A model generated the notes under the pieces. It was not told where the DNA came from. It saw only the letters and a list, made by a program, of their open reading frames with translations, and made no database searches. A stretch of 56,556 nt of DNA, the filler included, from Streblomastix strix (Eukaryota): NCBI GenBank assembly GCA_008636045.1. It is 2 parts of 2 records of this genome, joined end to end, with 100 filler letters (N's around TTAATTAATTAA, not from the genome) between each part and the next. Parts side by side here need not be neighbours in the genome. Positions count along the whole stretch, not along the records: positions 28,382 to 56,556 come from SNRW01000128.1; 1 more part is not named here. The stretch is one strand, 5' to 3'. The position numbers and the translations under genes are program-made. Shown piece by piece: positions 32,231-50,760 of the stretch (position 1 is the stretch's first letter; each line of letters opens with the position of its first letter).

Positions 32231-33733
32231 ATGAGCTTACATGAATTATTTTAACTAACTCAATAGATTGAAGATACTTTTGCTGAAAATGAATTGAATC
32301 ATGAAGAGAAAGCTGAAAAAATCAACAAAATTTGTTGCGAAATTAAGAATTTGTAAGAAAATGATTTTTAGAGATATTTTTCATTCTTTGACTAGAAACT
32401 ATGTGATACCATAAACAATCATATAGAACATTTTACTTAATAATCAGAATTTGCTCTTCTTCATTTACTTGAGATATGTTAGAAATCTTAGATTTTTGAA
32501 CTTTATACAAAAAACATCAATTATTCCAGAATATTTGAAAAGATAAAAGCTATACTGATAAATAAAGTTGAAATTGAAGAAAAACTAAATTAAACTACAT
32601 CATATTCAGATATGACAGAGCAATTAACCATTTGTTGTTTATTAATCCTTCCAAACTTTAAGAATGAATAATAAATTATGGAAATATGCACAAAGGTTCT
32701 TATAAAGAAAATCTCTGTTTTTGTTAAGACTGCATAAAAGCTTAATGAATAATTATCGAATAATAAAGAGTTGGAAATTCAAAAAGAAAAAGATTTAAAT
32801 ATTGATATTTTCAAATATTAAGAAATTACTCGTCAAGTCGGATTATTAATGTATGAATATGCAGATTTTTTAAATAAATAAACAAAAATTCATGAAATTA
32901 TCATACCACTCATACATATTAACTGCCCTTTAGAATTACAATGTCCACACAGAATTGGTATTAAGAAGAAATATGATTTAAAAAGTTTTCATAGGACTAT
33001 AATAAAGTTTATAAACAAAATTAGATTTGAAAAAATTTAAGATTTTTAATAGCTAATTAAAGAGCATAACTTAATTGATCATATTTTTCCATTCATTGCA
33101 GAATATATAAATTATTTATAAATAGATAATAAACTTAAATAATAAGAAGAATATTATTAATTATTTTCTGTTTCAACTTATCTCAAAGATGTATTAAAAC
33201 TTTCAAGCAAAATAATTATAGCTTCTAATGAAACTTCATCATCATTCATTAACTTGATTCCTGCAATCATGCTTCTTACAAAATATGATAAATAATCAAT
33301 TGATTCATCACATATTATCTTTGCATTTGAAATTAGATTCCCCAGCCTTCAGTTGTTGAATAATATATTTATTTCAGGAGATTTTGCAATTAAAAGCAAA
33401 CTTATTAGAGAATAAAATTATATTGATGTGTTGCATGAGGCTATTGGAAGTTGTAGTGGAAGTGGAGAACATGGTGAAGTGATCATATCTCAAGGATTAT
33501 AAAATGAAACCCGCATTTTTTAATATATCCTTGAGGACAAATAATTGAATTAACAATATGAACTTCTTAAAGATGTAGAAGAATAGATGATTGAATTATG
33601 TGGTGAAGAAGATATTGAATCAATACTGTTTAAACTAGATAATAACTACAATTATATCAAATATGCCAAATAATTAAAAGAGGTATAATTAAACAGATTC
33701 AAAGATACTACAAATTTGATCAATGGATAATGA
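32231..33733 (+). CDS. Hypothetical alpha-helical (ARM/HEAT-like) protein, ~500 aa
   Basis: Uninterrupted frame with TAR=Gln, ending TGA TGA. Shares KIHEIIIPLxHINC, IGxxxGSxE and ExxGxEE motifs with the neighbouring gene. Confidence 0.75.
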
Positions 33734-33916
33734 TGAAGAAAAGAAGATGTTTCTTTTGTACAAACTATGCCAATGTGAATATTTGATTTTCAATTATTTT
33801 TTATCATCTCAGATCGTGAAACAATAATTCTTGGAAAATAAAAATTAAATAAAATTCATACAGAATGTAAATAAAACGAAATTGAGGTTTTGTTATTTCT
33901 TGAGTTTTATTTATTT

Positions 33917-35746
33917 TCAATTAAAAAAAATAAATTCCATTATATTTATATACTACTTTATATAGACATTTATTACAATTTACTATGCTTTGTTTGCTAA
34001 TTCATTTAGTTTAACATCTTTTAATTTATCAGTTTAGAAGATATTCGTTTGCAGTTCTTCAATTCCGCCTTCTTCTTCTATTCTTTCATATGCACCTTTC
34101 AAGACAGTAGATTTTGAATAGCAATACTAATTACCATCAATAAGTGACTTGAAGACTTGAATGAGTGTATTCAATGTATTCTAAATCATGTGTACATTTG
34201 ATTCTTCACTTCCTCCTGCATTTCCAATCCCTTCAATTAATGCAATAATTAAATTCATATCATTAATCATTTGTTTATATGTAATGATATTGTTATACAA
34301 TATAATATCACTTAGAATACACATACTTTGTGCTCTAACTTCATCTAATTATTATTAATCTTTTTTATTTAAATGTTTCTTTTTTTCAAATCTGGTCAAT
34401 GATATTAATTCTGCTCCAATGTTAATTTCAGTTTATTATTAAAATGGTTTTTATTAGGTTTGTTTATTGATATGAATAATTGAATTAAAAAGTTTTATAG
34501 ATCCAGTGAGAATAATTTGTGGAATATTATTTCTTGATTGAATTAATTAATTAGTGAAAATATTATTATATAGATTAGTTTATTATGATGGAAACTTTGC
34601 TGATTATTTTATTATTTTGAATAAATGATTGAGTAAACTATGGTTCAATATCAATTGTCTTTATAGCATTCCATTATTTAATGCAAGTGAACCAAGTGTA
34701 TGAAATATAGTTCCTTGAAGTTCTTATACTGGAAATATTTCAGGCAGTACTAGACAATAACAACATTTGTTATTTGATATGCAGTTGATATGAACAAGTG
34801 GAATAATAATCTCATGTATTTTGTATATTTTAATTAATGATCTTTGAATATCTTAATTATCTAATAGTTCTTTAAATGCTTTTAATAAATTTGATCCTTT
34901 TCTAATCTCATTTTCTAAGTATACTATTTAATCAGTTTTAATATCATTAATTGATTTCTTTATCTATTATTATTGTTATTGAATTAATTGGATTAAATTA
35001 TTGAAGTGGAACTGAATTAGATTCATAAACAATGAAACATCATCTTTTGTAACTTAATTGTTTTGGCTTACATTGATAATAATGTGATTCAGATTGATAA
35101 TGAATAATTGCGAATCGAATTACAAACTTTCTAATTTTCCTTAATTTTTCATTTCTTTATTGAAGATTTCTTTGATTTTGGCCAATAATCCTGAATCATT
35201 AAAAGGAATAAAAAAAATATTCTGTTCATAATTTTAAGTTGTTTTTATTCCTCTTTCTGAAATATAACTCATAAAACCAGTTATTTCTCTTAAAACTGGA
35301 GTTTTTCCTACATTTAATAACTTCAAAAGCTCCTTACATAATTCAGTATTGACAATTAATATAATATTTGCATTTTCAATGTTTTTGAATTGTTTCAATA
35401 ATTATTTTATTATTTCTAATTGTTAGTTTATATTACTTTATAATGATATAGAACGTAGAAGTGGGAGTATTTATTCAGAAATTGGTAAAATTGCTGTGCT
35501 TGCTGTAGATTATACTTTAGATGCAAGTTATGCAGAACTTGTTTAACTAAGTTTATTTTGTTTATCAGAATTTTTCTTGATTTTTGCTAAGGGTGACTAA
35601 GTTAAATAAATCTAAATTAAATAATTTATAATAAAATGAGATCAAACATGAATAGTCAATGATAAATTTCCTGTACTTTTGAATCTATTCTGACCATCTC
35701 TTCCAGTTGGTGTGAGAATAAGACTAGAACTCAAAGAATGTTACAT
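33917..35746 (-). CDS. Hypothetical alpha-helical protein, paralogue of 32231-33733 (~580 aa)
   Basis: ATG 35746 and one GTTTG intron near 35580-35647. Motifs KIHEIIIPLVHINC, GIGNAGGSEE and EEEGGIEE. TGA at 33917-33919. Confidence 0.75.
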
Positions 35747-36767
35747 TGAAGAATAAGTATGTTTGATTCTTAATTTGTAAAAATAAAAAATTAAATATGA
35801 TAATAAATGATTTACTAGTTATATATTGCAAGTTTAATATATTTTTGATTTAACAATTTTTTTTTCCAAACTGTTTTTGTTTTAAAATGTCAATGTAAGA
35901 AGTATATATATTGTAATGTTTAAATTTAGATAGCATATAAAGTATTATGAAATATAATATTAATGAACTGTTGGAGTTCATATTAGGGTATGTTTGAAAA
36001 AGAAATTAAAAAAATAAATAAAATAATTTTTATTAAGGTTTTCTTATAGTATTAGTTATTTTGAAAATATACAAAATGCAACAAAACACATAAGTAAAAT
36101 ATTCATATACAAACTAACTAAATAGAATTATTTTTAAATCAGAAAACATAATTTTTTGAACAAGAATTAGTATAATAGTCATAATATACAATTTGAATAA
36201 ATAAAATATTCAAATATAATATTTCTATATTGACAGACAAGAACGGTGATTAATACTTGCTGGACAAGCTCAGAAAGTTTGAACTGTGGAACACTAGTAT
36301 TTGAGCATGTTTGTCCATTAAAATTTTGAAAGTATTGATTTATATTAATACTGTTTTACCTCAATTATAGCTCTTTTTTAATCACAACCAGAGAAATCAG
36401 ATACGTAAACATTAAAATTAATTTTTCTCATTTAATTCAAATTATTAATTTTTTGCATAATTTACATTTAATTTATTATTTATACATTGATATAACTGTA
36501 ACTATTTTAATCTATAATAATAACAATTACGGCAAATAATTTCTTCTTCAATTTTCTTAACTTTCAAACTCGTTTTATTTGCTCCATAGTTATATAAATT
36601 GCATATTAACTCTTTTTTTCATAAAATAATTTGTATCAATATCTTGATTTTATTTATAAATTTTTATTGGCTCTTGCTAGTTATAAATTTATACTTTTAA
36701 ACAATTTACATATAAATAATTACGATTATAAATATTCTTTTCACATTATATTTTAATTTTAGTAACT

Positions 36768-39523
36768 ATGGAATAATGGGGTCTTGTGGTGAAATGGAAT
36801 GGAGACATTAATATGAATGAATTAAAAGAACTTTTCACTCCTCTTGGTTTAATTAATTTGATTATAGAGAAATAAGGAAGTGAAAATACTGAAAATTAAG
36901 CATTTGCCAGTTTTATTTCAGAAGAAGCAACATAAAATGCATACAAAGAAACAGAAGGAACCGTAATTACAAATTAAGTGATTGAAATAGAAGTTTTAAG
37001 ACGATAAATATAACCTCCACAACCGATTGATCCTATTGTTTATAATGAAACTGTAGCAAATTCTTAATCAATTTTAAATCAAAATGAATTAATTTTGAAT
37101 GATTAAAATATTCTTTTTATCGCAAATCAAATTAAACCAGTCTAGCCTTCATAAATGATATCAAATCCCAATCAGCTATTATAGAATGATTAAAATAAAC
37201 TAATCAAAATTAATAAACCGAAACATGTGCCAGTTTCTAAAACAATTTCAAAACCCAAGCAATAAATACAAAATAATTAGAATTCATAGTTCATCTAAAA
37301 TCATCCCAATCCAGTTTCAATTTTTGATCCAACTCAAAATTTCAAACAGTTGACATAAATTGACAAAACCAAGCTCTTCATCACAAATATAAGTCCATAA
37401 GCGACTTCTAATGAATTGAATGACCTATTTTCCACTTATAATCCAATTCATTGTTCTATTCCTTAGAAGTAGTTTGAAGAAAAGCCAAATTAAGCACATT
37501 ATGGATTTGCTGATTTCACAAATGAAGTTGATGCGAGTCATTCAATGTCTGATTTGGATGGATATAAGTTTTAGGGATATAAACTTCATATTGAATTCAG
37601 CAACAAGCCAAAAGATCATCCAAAACAACTGAATTATTTTAATTTGAATTCTCCAATATAATCATCAAGTAATTAATTTCAATAGTAGTTTCATCCCCAA
37701 TAATAATAACTTAATTTTCCTTCTTCATAAACACATTAACATTATTAATAATAATATTCGTAATAATATCAGTAAAATAATTCAACAATCACACTTCATA
37801 ATCTCAGAAGCAAAATATCTACAGAAAAGATTTTCTACTTCTTTAAAGATTTCAAAATATTGAGCATCAATATTTAATACATACTTGGTTCGTATAATGG
37901 ATTTGTAACAGCAACAGTCTAATTCAAAGATGAAAACACAGCATATAATGCTTATTTGTTTGCTAATAATTCAAAATTGTAAGGAAATATAATTGCTGCT
38001 GTCCCTGGATCAGAAACTCTTTAGCTTAGTTTGGTGCATAATCAAATTTATCATCATCATCATAATAAATAATCACATCACAAACCTAAGGTTGTATAAT
38101 AAACAAAGCTGAAATCTAGTAAAAAAGATAAAAGAATTCTTATTATTGAAAACCTTAGTCTGAATACAACTCATGAAACATTGATGAAAGTATTTTCTGG
38201 TTTTGATGTAAAAGATGTTTAAATTCCAGGAAATTAGCCTGAAAACTAACCAAGATTTGGATTTGCATTCTTCAGCACTAAAAATAATGCTAAAAAAGCT
38301 AAAGAAGGACTAAATGGAACGAGCATTGATGGATCAATTGTTAAGATTAGGAAAAGAGATTCTAATGATTAAGAAGTAAATATCAGAAAAGATAATAATC
38401 AATCACAAACAAAAGTGAATAAATAATCTAAACCAAAAGTAATTAATTAATCTTAACCTAAAGTTAACAATAAACAGCCTCAATAAAAACAGAAAAATAA
38501 TTCTTAATCCAAACAATAATAAATTCCCAGATTATCCATTTTAATTGAAAATCTCAATCCTGAAACAACTGAAAGCTCTCTTATGGAATTATTAGCTCCT
38601 TTCAAACCTAAAAATTGTTTAATTCCTCCAAATCAATTATAAACCAATCTTAAATAAGCATTAATCAACTTCTCTACTCAAAATGATGCCAAAAGTGTTA
38701 TAAGTAATTATAATGGAAAGGAAATTAATGGATCGGTAGTAAAAGTCAAATATAGCAATAGCCATGAGAGGAGTTCAATAAAGCACAAAATGAATATATA
38801 ATAGTCAGATGTGAATGATATAATAGAAAAAGAAGATAAAAGTATCAAAAATGAATAAAGATAAGAAAGTTAGAAATAAGAATAAATGAATAATAAAGAT
38901 GAGTAGAATGATGTTGATTATAGAATATGGAATATTTTTAATAATAATAGTGAAAATAATAGTAAAGTTGATGATGAAAATATTAATGAAATTAACAATA
39001 AATAATAAAATTTGGATGGATATTAAAAAATATTAAATTAATAAATAAAAGAATAATTATAATAAGATGATGAAGAAGATGAAGAAGATGATGATGATGA
39101 CGATGATGATGATGAAGAAGAAGAAGATGATGATGATGATGATGATGATAGTAGCAGTAGTAGTGATTCAGATTCTGAAGATAATTAACATGATCTTTCA
39201 ATTAATTATCCTCTTGATAATCAAATTCCTCAGGAATATAAGGTATAAATTTCATATTAAATGAATAAAATATTAAAAATCAAATATATTTTTAATTATT
39301 TAATCATTGATTTAATATAATATCTCATTTATCATTAATAATTAATAACTATCTTTTCCACTCTCAATTTTCATTATAGTTCACATCCCCAGAGCTTGAA
39401 GATATTAAGTTTATCTGCGATTAAACTGGAATAAGTAAAAGTGGTGGGATTGCAATTTATTTGTCTAATGATAAAGACATTATAAAAGCAATCAGTGAAT
39501 ATAACATTAATATCACTCAGTGA
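36768..39523 (+). CDS. RNA-binding protein with about five RRM domains, an acidic tract and a C-terminal NAC-alpha-type UBA-like domain
   Basis: RNP motifs LFITNI/HYGFADF, LIIENL/RFGFAFF and ILIENL/KQALINF, plus two weaker repeats. D/E tract 39066-39150. Intron about 39243-39379. Last exon EDIKFICDQTGISKSGGIAIYLSNDKDIIKAI, then TGA 39521-39523. Confidence 0.85.
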
Positions 39524-39829
39524 AACTTTTCTGTTTTATTCTATATATTATTCAATTTTCTCATTGCATTTTTACCACTCCATGAGATGGCTATTTTTAT
39601 TTATATATATATTATCGCTTAATACTAACATACACGTACAAATCAGTGGTATAATAATAAATATGAGTGTATTTTATTTTAGATTTATTTATTTATTTAA
39701 TTATAAATGTTTTTATATAAAAATTAATATCATATTAAAATAAATGAAGTGAAAATAAAGATATAAACAAGGAAATGAAAATAATAAAACGAATAATGAA
39801 AAAGTAAAACATTAAACATTGAATAATAT

Positions 39830-44164
<4,335 letters not shown>

Positions 44165-44350
44165 TGAGAAATTCAATTCTTGATTTAACTAAATTAATTG
44201 TAAATTTATTTGTGGCACGAATATTTTATTTTATTTATATTGTTTTTCAAGTATTTATTTTGATTCATTTTTATTAAATAGCCAAAAATAGATTATTACT
44301 CAATGAAAATAAAATAAATAAAGCTCATATTTTAAAGAATAAAAATTTAA

Positions 44351-46223
44351 TCATTGTCCTGGTATCTGTTCATCAAATAGATTTACTCCATCCATTAGAT
44401 CACCCTAATCGATAAACTCGGTCTTATGTCTCTAATAATGTGGTTATGGTTCAGCTCCACTCTACAATGAACAATAAAACAAATAAAAACAATTAAATTA
44501 ATTTATTTCATTTAATTATGAATATATATTCATAATCTAATAATAAAAATAATAACAATTAATCCAACAATCAAACTCTCAATCTTTCCTCCAATTAATC
44601 CACTATTTATTCCAACTCATCATATGATTTAGCTTCTCCAAGTTCATTTCTAAGATCAGAATATGATTCAAATGACTGAAGACGCATCCTCAGACATTCA
44701 TCTCTTGCAAATGGTTAATATGAATGATTATGGGGAGTAAATGGGAGGATTTGGTATTATTAACTGTATTATTATATTGGTTATTATATCTGTTATATAT
44801 ATTATTGAGACTATTATTATTTCTATAATTCTTCTTCATTTATTACAACTTCTTCTTATTTCTCTTATTCTTCATTGGTTTGTTATTTTCCTTCACATCT
44901 TCTACAATAAGTAATTAATTCCTTCAATATATGAAATGGAGCTTATATTGTTGATGGAAGAGTATATGATGGATGCGATATTAATGATTGAGATGAAGAA
45001 GAAGATTATTCATTTGTTTTGCTTATATATTCATTCATTCCTTCAAAGAATGCTGCATTTCGTCTTAATGCATCTAATATATTCAATTTCATATGGACAT
45101 TAAAACAGATAAAAAATTACAAATATTAATTTAAATTGTTTAATTTCAATTTAATGATTTATTAATTCATTCACTTAAATTAATACCTCCACACATAACT
45201 GCATCAGCTTTCGTATAATTCAGACAATTAACAACATCTTCTTTACATAAAATACTTCCATTACTAATAAAAGGTACATGAACATGTTCTCTGATTATAT
45301 AAATAATTAAATATTAATATAATATTCAATATAATATAATATTCAATATAATATAATATAATTTAATAAGGAATCAATATAATATAATATTCAATATAAT
45401 ATAAATGTAAAGATCAAATAATAACTATTAGATATTTACTAATCTACGACCTCACAATCCTAATGCACTCCCAATCTGAATGTCCCAAATCCATTCCTTT
45501 CTATTCTCTTGTTCTCCCATGAATGCAAATAACCTATGCTCCACTTGACTCCAACATCTCGGCTATTCTAATGGTCTGTTGTATATCTGTTTGCTTCCTG
45601 AATTTGGCTGTTACTGGAATATGAAGGTTATGATGAAGTGTACTGACTAATTATGACATTAGCGAAAGATTGTCTTGGAGGTATGCTCCATAATGACCGG
45701 ATTTGGCGATGTTCTGATGTTAATATATATTAAATAGGAATATAATATATTAATAAATATAGAAATAATACTTATGGGCATCCGAAATTGATATCAATTG
45801 CATCACAATAATTCTCAACATATTTTGCAGCTTCAAGCATTTTTTCAGGGTCATCACCATTAAACTGTATCATATATATAATAATTATTATATAAATATT
45901 ATAAATCAAACTTAAACAATAAGAGGTCTGTCCTCTTTACAAGTTTAGAAGAAGTCCCTTCGAAATTAATTAGAAATTATGAACTATTTTGAATTAATCC
46001 TAAAAAAAATGTATATAAGAAAGAATAAATGGAGTGAAATTAAGTGATCAATAAATGGCATAAATATTCTAACATACATGGGTGTGTAACAGAGATCTGT
46101 GCCGTGCTAATTACAAAGGAGTCTAAATGGCAGCTCACCAACACCCACCATTGGCGCAAGAACAAAGTGGGGTGAACCAATCGATTGCCAAAAGTCGTAC
46201 CCAGAAAGTTTTTCAGATGACAT
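44351..46223 (-). CDS. DUS1: tRNA-dihydrouridine(16/17) synthase
   Basis: Motifs FVLAPMV, LCYTPM, DRPLIVQF, IDINFGCPQ, GHYGAYL, IHGRTREQKG and PFISNG. Six GT-AG introns. Ends at TGA 44351-44353. Confidence 0.93.
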
Positions 46224-46753
46224 CTATGAAATAAATATTTAATTATATTGATAATAAATAAAAATTTAACAATAAGCAAAATATATACTCAGAGATATAG
46301 TGCAAAACATAATATAAAGCAATAAAAATTTATGGAATTTCCTTGTTATGTTTAGGTACAAAAGTAAATTTTTACAGTAAAATAATTTGAAAAAATAAAA
46401 TATTATTAATTTTAAATATATATTATATCATTTAAAATATAATATAAATAGGAAATTACACTTTTTTGTATCTCACCCATCTCAATTTTAATTACATTTC
46501 TTTTTAAAAAAACAAACAATATAATGCATTATCAAAGTAAAATAAATATTATTTTAGTATATTATTATATGTGCGTTGAGAAAAGCGAACTGTAAACTTC
46601 AAGCTAATCTTAATGTTTCGATTGAATTTTATTTGTTCACATAGTTTTTCCTTAATGTTATTCATGCTTCCCTTTATTTCAACAAAATTACTCTTCTTTT
46701 TCCTTTCTTCATCTTCTTCATATATCGTCCATTTGTTCATCGCATCAGACAAC

Positions 46754-48649
46754 TCAACCTAGACTAATCACCAAGTGGAGTGTATCTTCCTTCTGAATGT
46801 TGTAATCATCTAGTGTATGGCCATCTTCAAGTGTTTTCCCATCAAAGATCAGACGCTATCGATCAGTTGGGGTGCCCTCTTTGTCCTGGATCTTCAGCTT
46901 TACACTCTCAATTGTATCAATGTTCTTAACCTCCAGAGTAATTATCTTATTTTAAAGATTCTTCACGAAGATTTGTATTTATTTTCCTTCGACTAGGTTT
47001 ATTGTTGATTCATTTTTGATTCTATAATCTTATAATACAAGTTAATCCTCAAGTATTTTCCTATCAAATTTCAATATCAATTAATTGGATTATATTCCTT
47101 CTTTATCATATATAAGCTGTTTCAATTTTTCAATCCTCATCATTCTACTAACATCCAATTCAATAATTTTCACTTATTCAATCTATATTTTCACTTTGAA
47201 TTTCAAATCTTCTTTCTTATCAACTATACTTAAAATCATTCCATTTTAAACCTCTTTATCACATAGACGTTCTTAATCCATAGTATTGAAGTAATTCCAT
47301 TGATATGAATCTGATTTTCCTTCAATTATCTCATAATCTTTTAATGACCCAATAAATCCTGCTTTCTCAAATACCATCTATTTCAATTAAGAAACAGTGA
47401 TTAAAGATTTCACATCTTTTAATTCATATTATTTTCCTTTTAAGAAGATATTTATGTCCAGTGTTATATAATCCAGTATAAGAATTTCATTAACTTTCAC
47501 TTTGTTCTATGTAAGAGTTAAATCATCATTAAGAACAATTTCTTATCCTTTCTCATCTTTCCGCCTCAAAATTTGGCATTTAGGAGAAGATCCATCAAAT
47601 AACTGAATCTTTTTTTTCAATTCTTCAACTTTTTCATCTTCATTAATCTATTCAAGCTTCTATTCTTTAGATGTTTTCACTATTACATTTATTATTTTCT
47701 TTTCAATTGTGAATCTATCCCCATAATTCCAGCCAATTTCTCCCATAATCAAATTCTCATCAATTTAAATCTTATCTTTATAAAAGCATAGACAAGCTGG
47801 ATTTATTTTGCCTTATCCACATGTTCTTAAGAAAACATCTCCAATTTTCTCCTCATTCTGAATAGATAAATTGATTGTTTCACTGTTTGGCAAATAAATC
47901 ACCAAATTTCTTGGTTTAGTTAATAGGAATAGTTCAGTATCTTCTTTTATGCTCTTCTCTCTTAATTTATTGGAATTTTGAAGTACAATATTCTCAAAGC
48001 CTAAGTTTAGTTCTAATCTTTGCTTTTCTACTGGAATTGATAATTTCTGGTTTATCTTTCTTTTCAATTCAAGTACTGTATCTTCAGCGTTGAAAGGAAT
48101 TCCTGTATATTTTGTCATTTCCTCGTCTAGATAAACAAGTATTTATCCATAAGGAATACTTAAATTCACATTGCAGCTCAGTTATGTGTTAAATAATCCA
48201 TTCAGCACTTCTTCTGATTATTTTCCATCTTTACTAACCACTCCATTCTGTGAAACTTTCAATTCTATTGTTTTTTCATCCTCAGCTAGAAAGGAAAGCT
48301 TAGCTAATCTTGCTCCAATGAATTTTAAAACTCTTAATGCAACATCTGCAAAAGTGGTTTGTTGGTTGACATTATCTATATGCATTGATTGTCCTGCACG
48401 ATCTCCAATGAAGGCAATATTCAGAACTGATTTCGCGACTGCTGGTGGCTTTTTTGGAATTTGATGTTGATTTGAATTTGATTTTGGTGGTTGCGACTTC
48501 TTATTATTTTATGCAGTGCTAACAACTGATTATTATGGTTTTGAAGCTAAAATTTTAGCTTTGGGTTTAGTTTTTGGAAATGAAGGAGGATTAATCGCTG
48601 GCTTTTTGTCTTTCTTTGGTACACTTTATTGTGTAGGCTTCTTTGACAT
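46754..48649 (-). CDS. Tandem ubiquitin-like domain protein (~630 aa, about 6-7 UBLs) lacking the terminal di-Gly
   Basis: Single exon. Last domain [77 protein letters not shown]. Earlier units are progressively diverged. The N-terminus is K/P-rich. Confidence 0.88.
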
Positions 48650-49369
48650 ATTCTAATAAGTAACCCTGAAATACATAAATAAATATTAATAGTATTGAAA
48701 TATAATTTAATTTTAAGAAGATAAAAATAACAAAATATTTTAAAAATGAAAATACTGAGAGTTAAATATGTTAATATAAGTCGTTTAGGAAATAAAAATA
48801 ATCAAAAAAATATTATATATTAATTATTAAGAAATTTTTTCAATGTTATACGTGTGATTCAAAAGAAAAATTGGATTCTTTTCATTTTTCAAATATTGCG
48901 ATTAGAAAAAGATATTTCATATTTATTAATTAATATATTTTATAAAAATTAATATTTTCAATATTTTTTAACATTAAATATAAAGATTGAATATCTACTG
49001 AGCAAAAAAATAGCAGTTCCAAAATTTATGTTTAAATTTTATAAAAATATCATATATTTTAAACTGTAAATTATTAATTTTTTAAAAATTAAATGGTTAT
49101 GCCTGATCAGAATTATCTGTTTGTATTCTCCTAAATTGAAATTTTCATTCCTTTTTAATAAAGATATTATTTTGATATTTTCTTATATATTTTTGATATT
49201 TCAATCGGATTATAAATTTGGTAAAATAGAATAATTATTAGTTTTTTTAAATTAGGTCTACGTATAAACAATTTTTTTTCAAATAAAATTAATATTGAAG
49301 AATAAAACTATCAAAATTTGAAAAAAACAATTTTTGAGAAATTGGAAAAACATAAAAATAAAAAGAATA

Positions 49370-49760
49370 GGAGAGTTTAATGAATTAAGATAAGATATAA
49401 AAAATAAATGTAAACCATTGGAATTTAATGATGAAGAAGAAGAAAATTAAAATATGTTATAAACGGATAATGATTATTCGATATTTAATTAAATAAATGA
49501 TTCAGAAAATGATGAAGAATATCAATTGACAATTAATGAAGAGGAGGAGGAAGAGTAAGTAATTGATCAAAGATTAGATATGCAAACTAGAAAAACAAAT
49601 TTAGATGCATAAGCTTCAAAATTATTAAATTCCTCATAGAAGGATGTAACATTAGAAAATTATGAAGTAGAAGATGAAAATCTATCTGAATATGAGAAAA
49701 TTAAATTAAAAAATTTGAATTAATTACTACGTTTATTAAAATTAATTATTTAAGACAAAT
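49370..49760 (+). other. Acidic coding-like fragment of unknown origin
   Basis: Frame reading EFNDEEEENQNML...NEEEEEEQVIDQRLDMQTRK, with no clear start, end or domain. Confidence 0.3.
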
Positions 49761-49993
49761 ATTTAATAAATATATTGATATAAATGAGTAAATATATTAA
49801 AAAAAATTTGTATAGTAAATATAATAATATTTTAATGTATAAATTTTAACTAAATAATTGTAATAGATAAAATTTTATTTTAAAATAAAAATTCATTGGA
49901 CGGATGAAAATTTTTAAAAAATATCTGGGATATTTAAGGATCGAAACGTATCAGATATCCAAGACATAGCCAATATTAGAGTTTGATAAATTA

Positions 49994-50760
49994 ATGCCTT
50001 GGTTGCTATCTCTCAAGATTCAACAATAGATAAGGACACTGTGAAACGCTGGCAAGAAGGTGCGTTAAATTGTGTGTGAATCAAAATTTGTGAAGAGATC
50101 TGTTTTGCGAAACATGAATCGAACATTAAGACAGAAAAAGCGTAGAAATGTGAAGCGTCTTGGGAGAACTACTTCCTTAAAAGCAAATATGAAGGAAAGA
50201 ATAAAGCAAGTGCTGAAAATGATAAGACTGAAAAATGTATCGGAATTGAAATGTGAATTACGGTCAAAGCTGAGCGAGATAAGCCTTAGAAAAGCCATGT
50301 GTGAGATGGTAAATGAATTCGATAGCGAAAAACGTCCGTTCTATTTGAGCGCAAAGCGCAAAGATGCCAGAGTAGAGTTCGCTGAGGAATAAATCCTAAA
50401 ATTTCCAAACTTCGCAGTTGGAATTTAAGTAAGTGAAAAGAAGTTCAATTTAGACCGTCCTGATGGTATGCTGAAGCGCTGAAATATTCCTGATGTTTCT
50501 CCTCCGATTGAACAAAGATCAAAGAATTTTAAGCAGTCTGTGATGATTTTCGCTGGCATCTATCGAGACTTTCAATCAAGCATTCAATTTGTCGATACAA
50601 AATGGAAAGCAGAAGACTATCAGAAGGCAATAAAGATATTTTTCGATGAAGCAAGAACCAAGTTTCCTGGTGTAAAATTCCAACTTTATCAGGATTATGC
50701 GCCAATTCATGTTGCTCAAAATACAATCAAATTTCTCAAAAAAATAGTTCTGTAAATAAT
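49994..50760 (+). pseudogene. Truncated Tc1/Tc3-like transposase
   Basis: HTH-like N-terminus, KDARVEFAE, SEKKFNLDRPDG (cf. Tc3 DEKKFNLDGPDG), SVMIFAGI and YQDYAPIH. First catalytic Asp lost and the SPDLNPIE region missing. TGAs at 50042 and 50480. Confidence 0.8.

Noticed and set aside
33917..33960. Possible TAG acting as terminator of the minus-strand helical gene
   Set aside because: An in-frame TGA follows 12 codons later, so there is no need to invoke TAR termination.
36075..36330. Short exon-like pieces (DKNGDQYLLDKLRKF)
   Set aside because: Too short and with no coherent gene model.
45310..45405. Tandem ATATAATAATATTCAAT-like repeats
   Set aside because: Low-complexity intronic minisatellite with no spacers, not CRISPR-like.
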